Source of the DNA: Vicinamibacteria bacterium
GTDB taxonomy: Bacteria > Acidobacteriota > Vicinamibacteria > Vicinamibacterales > JAENWD01
Assembly (NCBI GenBank): GCA_963818215.1
Contig: CAWFRL010000001.1
Span: forward strand, 163,151-227,150
DNA: 64,000 nt
Direction: 5' to 3'
Position numbers and translations under genes: made by a program. Position 1 is the stretch's first letter. Each line of letters opens with the position of its first letter. Positions 45,128-53,643 of the stretch are shown piece after piece. Under the pieces are notes generated by a model. It was not told where the DNA came from, ran no database searches, and was given only the letters and a program-made list of their open reading frames with translations.

Positions 45128-46271
45128 TCAGTCGGCAAGGGCTGCCGCGGCGATGATCATGCGCTGCACTTCAGACGTGCCCTGGTAGATCTCGGTGGCG
45201 CGTACGTCGCGGAACAGCCGTTCGACCGTCGATCCGCGCCGGTAGCCGGCCGAGGCCAGCACCTGCATCGCCTTGTCGGCGGCCTTGTGCGCGGCCTCTG
45301 ACGCTGCCAGCTTGGCCATCGCGGCCTGGGCGCCGAAGTCGGCGCCCGCATCGGCGGTAGCCGCGGCCTTGAGCGTCAGCATGCGCGCCGCTGCCAGCTC
45401 GGTGGCCATGTCGGCCAGGAACCACTGAATCGCCTGGTATTGCGCGATGGGGCGGCCAAACGTGTGCCGCGTCTGCGCGTGCTTGAGCGCCTCATCGAGC
45501 GCGGCCTGCCCGACACCCAGCGCCTGGGCGGCAATCGCGATGCGTCCGGCCTCGAGCGCGCGCCTGGCGACGGCGAACCCCTGGTTCTCTTCGCCGATAC
45601 GCTCGTCCTCGCGCACCGCGACCTGGTCGAAGATCAGATCCACGCAGCCGAGGCCACGCACGCCCAGGGAGTCGACGCCGGGCTCCGTGCGGATGCCCGG
45701 CCGATCGAGCGGCACGACGAAGGCCGAGACGCCCCGGCCGCGGGCGCCCGGAGTGGTCGCGGCAAACACGATCGCGACGCCGGCGACTTCGCCGTTGGCG
45801 ACCCACACCTTCCTGCCGGTGAGCGTGTAGCCCTGTCGCGCTGCGTGTCGCGGCTGTCTGCTGGTTGGCCGCATCGGTGCCCGCCTCCGCCTCCGACAGG
45901 GCAAACGCTCCGACGACCTCGCCCGTGACCAGGCGCGGCAGCCACGCCGCCTGTTGCGCGCCGGTTCCCGACGACACGAGCGTGTCGCACACCAGCGAGT
46001 TGTGCACCGCGAGAATCACCGCCATCGTGGCGCTGGCGCGCGCGACGGCCTCGATCGCCAGGACGTAGGCGACATGGTCGAGGCCACGGCCCCCCAGCGC
46101 CGCCGGCGCGCGCATCCCGAGATAGCCGTGCGAGGCGGCACGGTGGACAAGGTCGAGCGGAAACGCGCCGGTCTCGTCGATTCCAGCGGCCGCCGGCGCC
46201 ACGTGATCGCGCGCGAACGCTTCGACTTCGGCGGCAAAGGCAGCCTGCGACGCTGTCAGTTCGAGATCCAT
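45128..46271 (-). CDS. acyl-CoA dehydrogenase, frame broken near 45860
   Basis: MDLELTASQAAFAAEVEAFARDHVAP, GAFALSEAEAGTDA, then ORF 45128..45904: KVWVANG, FGRPIAQYQAIQWFLADM, FRDVRATEIYQGTSEVQRMIIA. Confidence 0.85.
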
Positions 46272-46317
46272 TGGCGGGTTGGGCGATTGTGACACAACCC
46301 AACAGGAGTTCAGGAGA

Positions 46318-47100
46318 TCACAATGGCTTGATGAGCACCAGCCGCGTGTAGAGCAGCGAAAAGCCCTGGCGCATCGCGTTGGCCATCGACTTCGAGCCGG
46401 GTTGGGTCGTCACGACTGCCAGGTCGCAGCCGGCCTGCCGAGCCTCGGACAGGCGCAATCGAAGAAGCGCTGCCTGGATGCCTCGGCGCCGGAATTGCGG
46501 CAGGGTCGCCGCCCCGCACAACTGCGCGAGGCCGTCGTCGATTCGCAGGCTGGCGGCCCCGGCGGGCTCGTCGTCCACGCAGAGCAGGTAGCGTTGAAAC
46601 CCGGGCGTCGCCGCGAAGTCGACGAAGAGGGACTCGAGCAACTCGCGCGGGTACGATTCCTCGCCGGGGGCGCTGCCGTCGGGCGTGCCAAAGCCATCAA
46701 GCGCCACACCCAGCCACGTACGCCATTCCTCTTGCGGCAGCGCGGTGATGGACATGCCATTCAGATCGGGCGCGCGGTCCTCCGCCGTGACCGCCCGGCC
46801 AAGGACATTCTCGAACCCGGTGACGCGGTAGCCGCGCGAGGTGAGAGTGGGCGCCAGCGATGGGTCGGCCAGGATCGACAACTCGAAGCGCATGGGCTCG
46901 TTCCGCTCGGCCCAGGCCTGCTCGATCGCCGCAAGCCGGGATTCGTCGATCGTCTCGCCGAAGCCGATGCCAATGGCCTTGTTGGCTGGAGAGCCGGTCC
47001 CCGCAAAGACCGCCTGGCCGCCGGCGATGGGACTGACGAGGGCGCGCGCGTCGGGCGTGCGCGCGGCGACGGTATCGGCGACCGACATCGACAGGCGCAT
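46318..47100 (-). CDS. GNAT-family N-acetyltransferase
   Basis: LAQLCGAATLPQFRRRGIQAALLRLRLSEARQAGCDLAVVTTQPGSKSMANAMRQGF (acetyl-CoA binding motif). Intact frame. Confidence 0.65.
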   Translation of the reverse strand: MRLSMSVADTVAARTPDARALVSPIAGGQAVFAGTGSPANKAIGIGFGETIDESRLAAIEQAWAERNEPMRFELSILADPSLAPTLTSRGYRVTGFENVLGRAVTAEDRAPDLNGMSITALPQEEWRTWLGVALDGFGTPDGSAPGEESYPRELLESLFVDFAATPGFQRYLLCVDDEPAGAASLRIDDGLAQLCGAATLPQFRRRGIQAALLRLRLSEARQAGCDLAVVTTQPGSKSMANAMRQGFSLLYTRLVLIKPL

Positions 47101-47154
47101 CTCTGCGCGGTCGATGCGGGTGGCAAGCGCGAGGAGGCAAACATGATCGGAGGA

Positions 47155-47691
47155 TCACGATCGCCATGGCGCAATGGCGCGGATGTGGTCTAGCACCTGT
47201 CCGCAGGCCAGTCTCTCGAAGACCGGACGCAGCCGCTCGACGCTTGCGGGAACTTCCTCGGGCAGCACGCGGACGTTGCCGACGACGGACATGAAATTGG
47301 TGTCGCCCGTCCACCTGGGGACCACGTGCACGTGGAGATGGTCGGCGATGCCTGCGCCGGCGGCCTTGCCGAGATTGACGCCGATGTTGAGGCCCTGCGG
47401 GCGGTAGACCTCGGTCACCGCCGCTTCGGCGCGCGCCGTGAAGTCCATCACTTCGGCGCGCTCCTCCGCCGACAACTCCGCCAGGCTGGCGACGTGCCGG
47501 TTGGGCACGATCATCAGGTGGCCGGTGTTGTAGGGATAGAGGTTCAGGATGACAAACGCCGACCGGCCACGCGCGACGACCAGCGGGTCGACGGCGTCGG
47601 CCACCGCTGCGTTGCAGAAAATGCAGCCGGCCACCGGTTCAGACGCCGTGGTCACGTAAGACAGACGCCAGGGGGAGTAGAGACGGTCCAT
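47155..47691 (-). CDS. HIT-family (histidine triad) nucleotide hydrolase/transferase
   Basis: CIFCN, FVILNLYPYNTGHLMIVPNRH, GAGIADHLHVHVVPRW. Intact frame. Confidence 0.85.
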   Translation of the reverse strand: MDRLYSPWRLSYVTTASEPVAGCIFCNAAVADAVDPLVVARGRSAFVILNLYPYNTGHLMIVPNRHVASLAELSAEERAEVMDFTARAEAAVTEVYRPQGLNIGVNLGKAAGAGIADHLHVHVVPRWTGDTNFMSVVGNVRVLPEEVPASVERLRPVFERLACGQVLDHIRAIAPWRS

Positions 47692-47693
47692 GG

Positions 47694-47780
47694 GAATTGC
47701 GGATTGCAGATTGACGATTGCAGATTGAGAATCTCGCAGATTTCGTCAATCTGCAATCTGCAATCTGCAATCTGCAATTC
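47694..47780. repeat. inverted pair of 7-nt arrays (GATTGCA units, then TGCAATC units) forming a hairpin of about 36 bp
   Basis: gaattgcggattgcagattgacgattgcagattga ... tcaatctgcaatctgcaatctgcaatctgcaattc. By hand alignment about 34 of 38 positions are complementary. Sits between the ihfB stop and the HIT-gene start. Confidence 0.85.
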
Positions 47781-48112
47781 TAGAGAAGTTCCGGCGGCGC
47801 CTCAGAGGGCTCGGCGCCGGCTCCCGTCACCACGCCGTCCTTGTTGATCAGTTCCTTGAGTTCCTTGCCGGGCTTGAAGTACGGGACCTTCTTCGGCGGC
47901 ACATCCACCTTGTCGCCCGTCTTGGGGTTGCGGCCCTTGCGGGGCTCGCGCTGGCGCAGGCGGAAGCTGCCGAAGCCGCGCAGCTCGATCTTCTCTCCGC
48001 GGTTGAGCGCGTCGATGATGCTCTGGAAGACCGTGTCGACGATGAGTTCCGAGTGCTTCTTGGTGAGATCCGAGACCCGCGAGACTTCCTCGACAAGCTC
48101 CGCCTTGGTCAT
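47780..48112 (-). CDS. ihfB: integration host factor beta / HU-family DNA-binding protein
   Basis: ATG 48112: MTKAELVEEV, IELRGFGSFRLRQREPRKGRNPKTGDKVDVPPKKVPYFKPGKELKELIN, very close to enterobacterial IHF-beta as I recall it. Sits directly downstream of rpsA, as in many bacteria. Confidence 0.8.
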   Translation of the reverse strand: MTKAELVEEVSRVSDLTKKHSELIVDTVFQSIIDALNRGEKIELRGFGSFRLRQREPRKGRNPKTGDKVDVPPKKVPYFKPGKELKELINKDGVVTGAGAEPSEAPPELL

Positions 48113-48126
48113 AGATACCCTCAAAC

Positions 48127-48235
48127 GGTTTGGGTCAGGTTGGCCGGGTCTGGTCACGTTGGGCCAGGTTGGCGTCGTGCCCAACCCGCTTCAACCTGAC
48201 CGAGCCCGACCCAACCCGACCCAACGCGATCAACC
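48127..48235. repeat. inverted arrays of the CCAACC(T/C)GAC family
   Basis: ggtttgggtcaggttggccgggtctggtcacgttgggccaggttgg cgtcgtg cccaacccgcttcaacctgaccgagcccgacccaacccgacccaacgcgatcaacc, between the rpsA stop and the ihfB start. Confidence 0.8.
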
Positions 48236-48245
48236 GCCGTCCGCT

Positions 48246-50022
48246 CTAGCTCTTGAAGCGGATGTGATCGCCCAGCGTGGCTTCGCCGGTGCCACTGCTC
48301 TCCTGGTACTGCTTCCCAGTCCGTCCGGAACTCGTCGGACTTCAACGCCCGGATGCTGAGCCCGATCTTCCGCTCGGCGGGACTCAGCTTGATGATCTTC
48401 ATCTGGTAGGTCTGATCCACCTGCAGGTCGACCTTCTCCTGCCCGTGGCTGTCGTCGAACTCCGACACGTGGATCAGCCCCTCGATGCCTTCGTCGAGCT
48501 CGACGAACGCGCCGAAGTTGGTCATGCGCACGACCTTGCCTTCAATCGTGCTGCCGACGTGATGCCGCGAGAAGAAGTCGTCCCAGATGTCGGTGGCCAG
48601 CTGCTTGAGGCCCAGCGACAGGCGCTGGTTCTCGGCGTCGATGTTGAGGACCATCGCCTCGACCACATCGCCCTTCTTCAGCACCTCCGACGGGTGCTTC
48701 ACGCGCTTGCTCCACGACATGTCCGAGATGTGGATGAGCCCGTCGATGTCCTCTTCCACTTCGACGAAGGCGCCAAACTCGGTGAGGTTGCGCACCTTGC
48801 CCTTGATCTTGGTCCCGACCGGGTACTTCTCGGCCAGGTCGTGCCAGGGATTCTGCTCGACCTGCTTGAGGCCCAGCGAGATCCGCCGCGCGGTCGCGTC
48901 CACGCCGAGCACCATCGCCTCGACGTTGTCGCCGACGTTGAGGATCTTCGACGGGTGCTTGACGCGCTTGCTCCACGACATCTCGCTCACGTGGATCAGC
49001 CCCTCGACGCCCGGCTCCAGCTCGATGAAGGCGCCGTAGTCGGTGAGGCTGACGACCTTGCCGCTCACGCGCATGCCCGCCGGATACCGCTCGGCGACCG
49101 CCGACCACGGATCGGCGACCAGCTGCTTGTGTCCCAGCGAGACGCGCTCGGTGGCCGGGTCGTACTTGAGGACGATGACGTCGATGTCGTCGTTGACCTT
49201 GAGGACTTCCGACGGGTGACCGACGCGGCCCCACGACATGTCCGTGATGTGCAGCAGCCCGTCGATGCCGCCCAGGTCGATGAAGGCGCCGTAGTCGGTG
49301 ATGTTCTTCACCTGGCCGCGCAGCACTTTGCCCTCGGCCAGCGTCTCGAGCGTGTGCTTCTTCCGCTCGGCGTTTTCCTCTTCGAGCAGCACCTTGCGCG
49401 AGAGCACGATGTTGCCGCGCTTCTTGTTGACCTTGATGACGCGCATCCGGAGCTCCTGCCCCTTGAGCGCGTCCAGGTTGCGCACCGGGCGCACGTCGAT
49501 CTGGCTGCCGGGCAGAAACGCGCGGACGCCGATATCGACGGCCAGCCCGCCCTTGATCCGCTCGATGACGCGTCCGATGACGACCTTCTTGTCGGCGTAG
49601 GCCTTCTCGACCTCGTCCCAGATCTTCATCTTCTCCGCTTTTTCGCGGGACAAGACGACGTAGCCTTCGCGGTCTTCCGTGCGTTCCAGCAGGACGTCGA
49701 CGACGTCGCCGACCTGCACCGTCACCTGGCGGTTCTCGTCGAGGAACTCGTCGACGGCAATGATGCCCTCCGACTTGAATCCGACGTCGACGACGACCTC
49801 CGTTTCCGTGACCTTGAGCACCGTGCCCTTGACGACCTCGCCTTCCGCGATGTGGCGGAAGCTGTTATCGTAAAGGTCCAGCAGCCGCGCGTACTCCTGC
49901 GGGTCGCCTTGGTACTCGTCGTAACCGGTCACCTTGATGGTGTCTTTCGCGCCGGCCGCCGGGCGTCCGGCGTCGGGGGTTTCGGCCACAGGGGTCTGCG
50001 GCTCGTGTTCAACATTCGCCAT
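48246..50022 (-). CDS. rpsA: 30S ribosomal protein S1, single frame break near 48315
   Basis: Six S1 domains (GEVVKGTV, IGRVIERIKGGLAVDIG, GQVKNITDYGAFIDLG, GKVVSLTDYGAFIEL, GKVRNLTEFGAFVEV, GKVVRMTNFGAFVEL). C-terminus QYQESSGTGEATLGDHIRFKS from my own translation, stop 48246-48248. Confidence 0.95.
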
Positions 50023-50149
50023 GCCGTGCAAGTCCTCCTCGATCGATCGATTGCCGGGCTTGGGTCAGGGGCCGGCGCCCTTGGTATTGCTTTCCGCAGG
50101 CAGGAGACGCACGCCTAGGCGAGCGCACCTGATTTCAGATAAGCACTAG

Positions 50150-50179
50150 AGGATACGATACTTATCGACACGCTGTCAA
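50150..50179 (-). promoter_or_regulatory. candidate sigma70-type promoter for rpsA
   Basis: Minus-strand TTGACA (50179-50174), 18-nt spacer, TATCCT (50155-50150), in the only AT-richer patch of the rpsA upstream region. Implies a 5' leader of roughly 120 nt. Confidence 0.35.
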
Positions 50180-50236
50180 ACAGCCGCACGACATCCGACC
50201 GCCTCATCCATGAGGGGCGGGCACACGAGGAGCGTC

Positions 50237-51030
50237 ATGGCCAAGGCGAAGGCGAAACGGGCGAAAGGCCGGCGGGCCGCGGGCCCCAGGCGGGCTGCCA
50301 GCCCGGCGAAGTCGAGAAAGTCGAAGAAATCGGCCAAGACACGGGCAAAGACCGCCCGAAAGGCCAGGCGGCGACCGGCCCCGAAAGCCGCGTCGCGCCG
50401 TCGGGTTGCGCGCTCGCCGGCGTCGCCTCGCGCCAAGGCGAAGCGCACGCGGAAGGCGGCCAAGCCGGTCGACGAAGGCCGCACGGACGGTCAAGAAGGT
50501 TGCCAGGCCCGCCAGGCGGGCCGTCAAGGTCGCCGCCAGCAAGCCAGCCGTCACGCGCCCGATGGCTCGGAAGGCGGTGGCCATGGCTCCGTCGGTCCGG
50601 GCGGCACGGCAAGTCGCCGGCGCCTGTTCACGGAAAGCCGCCCGCCCTCGATCGCGAGCGGCGGAGACTGCCGGAAGCCGATGTGGTGCCGTCGCCGCCC
50701 TCTTCGCTCGACCTGAACCGCACGCCATCGGCCGCGCGCAGCGGACAGGCCGAGATCGCAGAGCACCTGGCCGACCACACCGAGACCGGACCCGAGATCA
50801 CCGGAGGCGATGTCGACGCGAGCTGGGAGTCGGCCTACAGCACCGGCGATGAAGCACCCGGCGGCGACAACCCCACGCCCGACCAGGACGTGGTCGATGA
50901 CATCGGTCGAAGCCTCGGCCTGGTCTACGAGGACACGGAAGAGTTGAAGGGCGCCGACAAGATCGCCGAGCGCGACAAGCACCGGTGGGAACTGGATCCG
51001 GCGTCAGCGGAAGACTTCGAGGAACGCTGA
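50237..51030 (+). CDS. hypothetical protein: Lys/Ala/Arg-rich histone-H1-like N-terminal half plus conserved acidic C-terminal domain, frame broken near 50470 and 50630
   Basis: ATG 50237 with GAGGAG 5 nt upstream. MAKAKAKRAKGRRAAGPRRAASPAKSRKSKKSAKTRAKTARKA, then KKVARPARRAVKVAASKPAV, then ITGGDVDASWESAYSTGDEAPGGDNPTPDQDVVDDIGRSLGLVYEDTEELKGADKIAERDKHRWELDPASAEDFEER. Confidence 0.5.
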
Positions 51031-51058
51031 CGCTCGTCAATCGACGACTGCAGATGAC

Positions 51059-51079
51059 GGGCGCGCGCGGCGCGCGCCC
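51059..51079. terminator. GC-rich hairpin between convergent genes (candidate bidirectional terminator)
   Basis: GGGCGCGCG-CGG-CGCGCGCCC: perfect 9-bp stem with a 3-nt loop, between the plus-strand stop at 51030 and the cmk stop at 51080. No flanking U-tract. Confidence 0.4.
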
Positions 51080-51797
51080 CTACGGATCGGCGGGACCCGC
51101 GCCGCGTTCACAATCGTCCAGCACCCGAGCGACGACGTCGTCGATAGGCAAGCCCGTGGTGTCGACGACGCACCGCGTCGGGCGCAACGGTCAGCGGCGA
51201 GGCGGCGCGCGTCTGATCCGACTGGTCGCGCGCGGCCAGGGCCGTCGCGACTTCGGCCAGCGCCTTGGCCGAACCGCCGTGTGCCGGGTCGGCGGCGCGC
51301 CGGCGCGCGCGTTCGTCGGGCGACGCGTCGAGGTAGATCTTCACATCCGCGTCGGGAAAGACCACCGTCCCGATATCCCGCCCTTCCATGACGACGCCAC
51401 CCGGCCGCCCCAGAGCGCGCTGGCGTTCGACCAGCACCGCGCGCACGCGCGGCATTCGCGCGACCGACGCGGCGGCCTGGTCCATCTCGGGAGTGCGGAT
51501 CGCCTGCGTCGCGTCCACGCCGTCGACGATGACGGCGCCGTGCGCCATCGACATCTCGATGCGGGCGGCCAGATCGGCAACCGCCGTTTCGTTGTCGAGT
51601 GACAGGCCCAGCTCCCGCGCCTTCCACGCGACGGCGCGGTACATCGCGCCGGTGTCGATGTGGCGATAGCCGAGGGCCTCGGCCAGCGCGCGAGAGACGG
51701 TGCCCTTGCCAACGCCCGAGGGGCCGTCGATGGCGAGGATCAAGGGGCGGGGCGTTCGTGTGTTCTCCAAACCGCCAGTGTAACATTCTGCCCGCAT
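51080..51797 (-). CDS. cmk: cytidylate kinase, frame broken near 51190; start uncertain
   Basis: LILAIDGPSGVGKGTVSRALAEALGYRHIDTGAMYRAVA, VMEGRDIGTVVFPDADVKIYLDASPDERARRR. C-terminus VVDTTGLPIDDVVARVLD from my own translation, stop 51080-51082. Confidence 0.9.
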
Positions 51798-52986
51798 GCG
51801 ACTCTTTCGGCGCGGACTGCTCGCGCTGGCGCTGGTGGTGGCGGGCGCGGCGGTCATCTGGGGGCCCAGTTACGCGCGGGGGCTGTCGCTGGTGGTCCGC
51901 GCCGCGCACCTGGACGGCTGGTTGAAAACAGCAGCCGACGCGGAGGCCCGCCGATGGACGGCAGGCCCGGCGACGACCATCCCCACGCGCCACGGCGCGA
52001 TTCCCGCCCGCCTCTATCGGCCCGAAGGCCGCATCCGCCGCGCCGCGATCCTGACGCCGGGCGTGCATGCGATGGGCATCGACGAGCCGCGCCTGCGCGG
52101 CCTGGCCGGCGACCTGGCGGCCAGCGGCGTCGCGATACTCACCATCGCGCTGCCCGATCTGGTGCGCTATCGCTTCTCGACTGCAGCGGTCGATCAGATC
52201 GAGGACGCAGGCCTGTGGCTCTCGCGCCAGCCGGACCTGGCGCCCGATGGCCGCGTCGGGCTGATGGGCATCAGCTTTGCCGGCGGCTTATCGGTGGTCG
52301 CCGCGGGGCGCCCCTCGGTGCGCGACAAGGTCGCGTACGTGTTCTCCTTTGGCGGTCACGGCGATCTCGCGCGCGTGCTCCGCTACCTTTGCACGGGCCT
52401 CGAGCCGCGCGCGCCCGACGTCCCGGCGGGGGCCGCGCCGCGCTTCCGCGCGCCGCACGATTACGGCGTCGCCGTCATCCTTCTCGGACTCGCGGATCGC
52501 ATCGTGCCGCCCGATCAGGTGGCGCCACTCCGAAAGGGCCTCGAGACGTTCCTCACGGCGTCACAACTCACCCTCGTCGACATGAACCAGGCGACAGCCA
52601 CCTTCAAGCAAAGCCAGGCCATCGCGGCGACGCTGCCAGAACCCTCGAGCACGCTGATGCGCTACGTCAACGAGCGGAACACCAGGGCGCTGGGCGCCGA
52701 GTTGTTGCCGGTGCTCGATCGCATCGGCGCCGAGGAGTACCCGCCTGCGCTCTCGGCTGAGCAATCGCCGCCGCCGACATCTCCGGTCTACCTCCTGCAC
52801 GGCGTCGACGACACGGTGATCCCGGCCGTCGAGACACGTCTGCTGGCCGATTCGCTGCGATCGCGCGGCGCCACCGTGCATCCGCTGCTGAGCGGGCTCA
52901 TCACGCATGCCGAGGTCGACAAGAGCGCGGCGGCCGGTGAGGTGCTCGCGCTTGTCAGATTCTGGTCGGGACTGCTGGGGGAATAG
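51796..52986 (+). CDS. alpha/beta-fold hydrolase with N-terminal membrane anchor or signal
   Basis: MRLFRRGLLALALVVAGAAVIWG, nucleophile elbow GLMGISFAGGLS, LLHGVDDTVIP. Intact 396 codons. Confidence 0.6.
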   Translation: MRLFRRGLLALALVVAGAAVIWGPSYARGLSLVVRAAHLDGWLKTAADAEARRWTAGPATTIPTRHGAIPARLYRPEGRIRRAAILTPGVHAMGIDEPRLRGLAGDLAASGVAILTIALPDLVRYRFSTAAVDQIEDAGLWLSRQPDLAPDGRVGLMGISFAGGLSVVAAGRPSVRDKVAYVFSFGGHGDLARVLRYLCTGLEPRAPDVPAGAAPRFRAPHDYGVAVILLGLADRIVPPDQVAPLRKGLETFLTASQLTLVDMNQATATFKQSQAIAATLPEPSSTLMRYVNERNTRALGAELLPVLDRIGAEEYPPALSAEQSPPPTSPVYLLHGVDDTVIPAVETRLLADSLRSRGATVHPLLSGLITHAEVDKSAAAGEVLALVRFWSGLLGE

Positions 52987-52990
52987 TGCT

Positions 52991-53056
52991 CGGGTTCACG
53001 GGTTCACGGTTCACGGTTCACGGGTTCACAGGTTCATCGGGTTCTTCAGGTTCCAG
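52991..53056. repeat. 7/8-nt tandem array, GGTTCAC family
   Basis: cgggttcacgggttcacggttcacggttcacgggttcacaggttcatcgggttcttcaggttccagg, between convergent stops. Overlaps the mobA 3' end. Confidence 0.85.
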
Positions 53057-53643
53057 GCCGAGAGTCCTGCGTGCGACAGCGCGGCCTGATAGTGTTCCGG
53101 CGTGTCGCAATCCCGGAAACTGAGAAGTTCGGGATCCAGATCGCGCAGGGCATCGGCGCTCACCCACCGCACCGACACGTCGTCGAGCAGCGCGCGCAGC
53201 GAACGCTTCCCGGCGGCAAGGTGCGACTGCGCACGCGACTGCACATGCGTCGCATAGACGGCGCAGGTCGTCATCGGCATCCCGTCCACCAGCGGCACGC
53301 AGGCGTCGGCGTCGCCGGCCAGTTCCAGCAGCCGCTGCAGCACCGCCGGCACCAGCAGCGGCATGTCGCACGCCAACAGCAGCGAACGCCCGGCGCCGAC
53401 CGACGCCAGGCCGGTTGCCAGGGCGGCGAGCGGGCCGAGCCCTGGTACCGGGTCGCGCACGACCCGCACACCCACGGGCAGCGACTGTGACGTATCGCCG
53501 ACGACCACGACCTCGCCACTCACTGCCTGCGCCGCCTGCACGACTCGCGTGAGGAGCGTGTCGGGGCCAAATGGAAGCGCGGCCTTGTCGCGACCCATCC
53601 GCGACGATTCTCCACCGCACAGGACGATTGCCGAGTCAGTCAT
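53026..53643 (-). CDS. mobA: molybdenum cofactor guanylyltransferase
   Basis: ATG 53643: MTDSAIVLCGGESSRMGRDKAALPF, LLLACDMPLL, within ORF 53026..54234. The last ~12 codons lie in a GGTTCAC tandem array. Confidence 0.8.
   Translation of the reverse strand: MTDSAIVLCGGESSRMGRDKAALPFGPDTLLTRVVQAAQAVSGEVVVVGDTSQSLPVGVRVVRDPVPGLGPLAALATGLASVGAGRSLLLACDMPLLVPAVLQRLLELAGDADACVPLVDGMPMTTCAVYATHVQSRAQSHLAAGKRSLRALLDDVSVRWVSADALRDLDPELLSFRDCDTPEHYQAALSHAGLSAWNLKNPMNL

Noticed and set aside
51795-51798. cmk and the divergent hydrolase appearing to share a GCATGC start-codon overlap
   Set aside because: The cmk ATG at 51797 gives an unusually long ~20-residue leader before the P-loop. A downstream TTG start is equally possible, so the head-to-head overlap is probably an annotation artefact.
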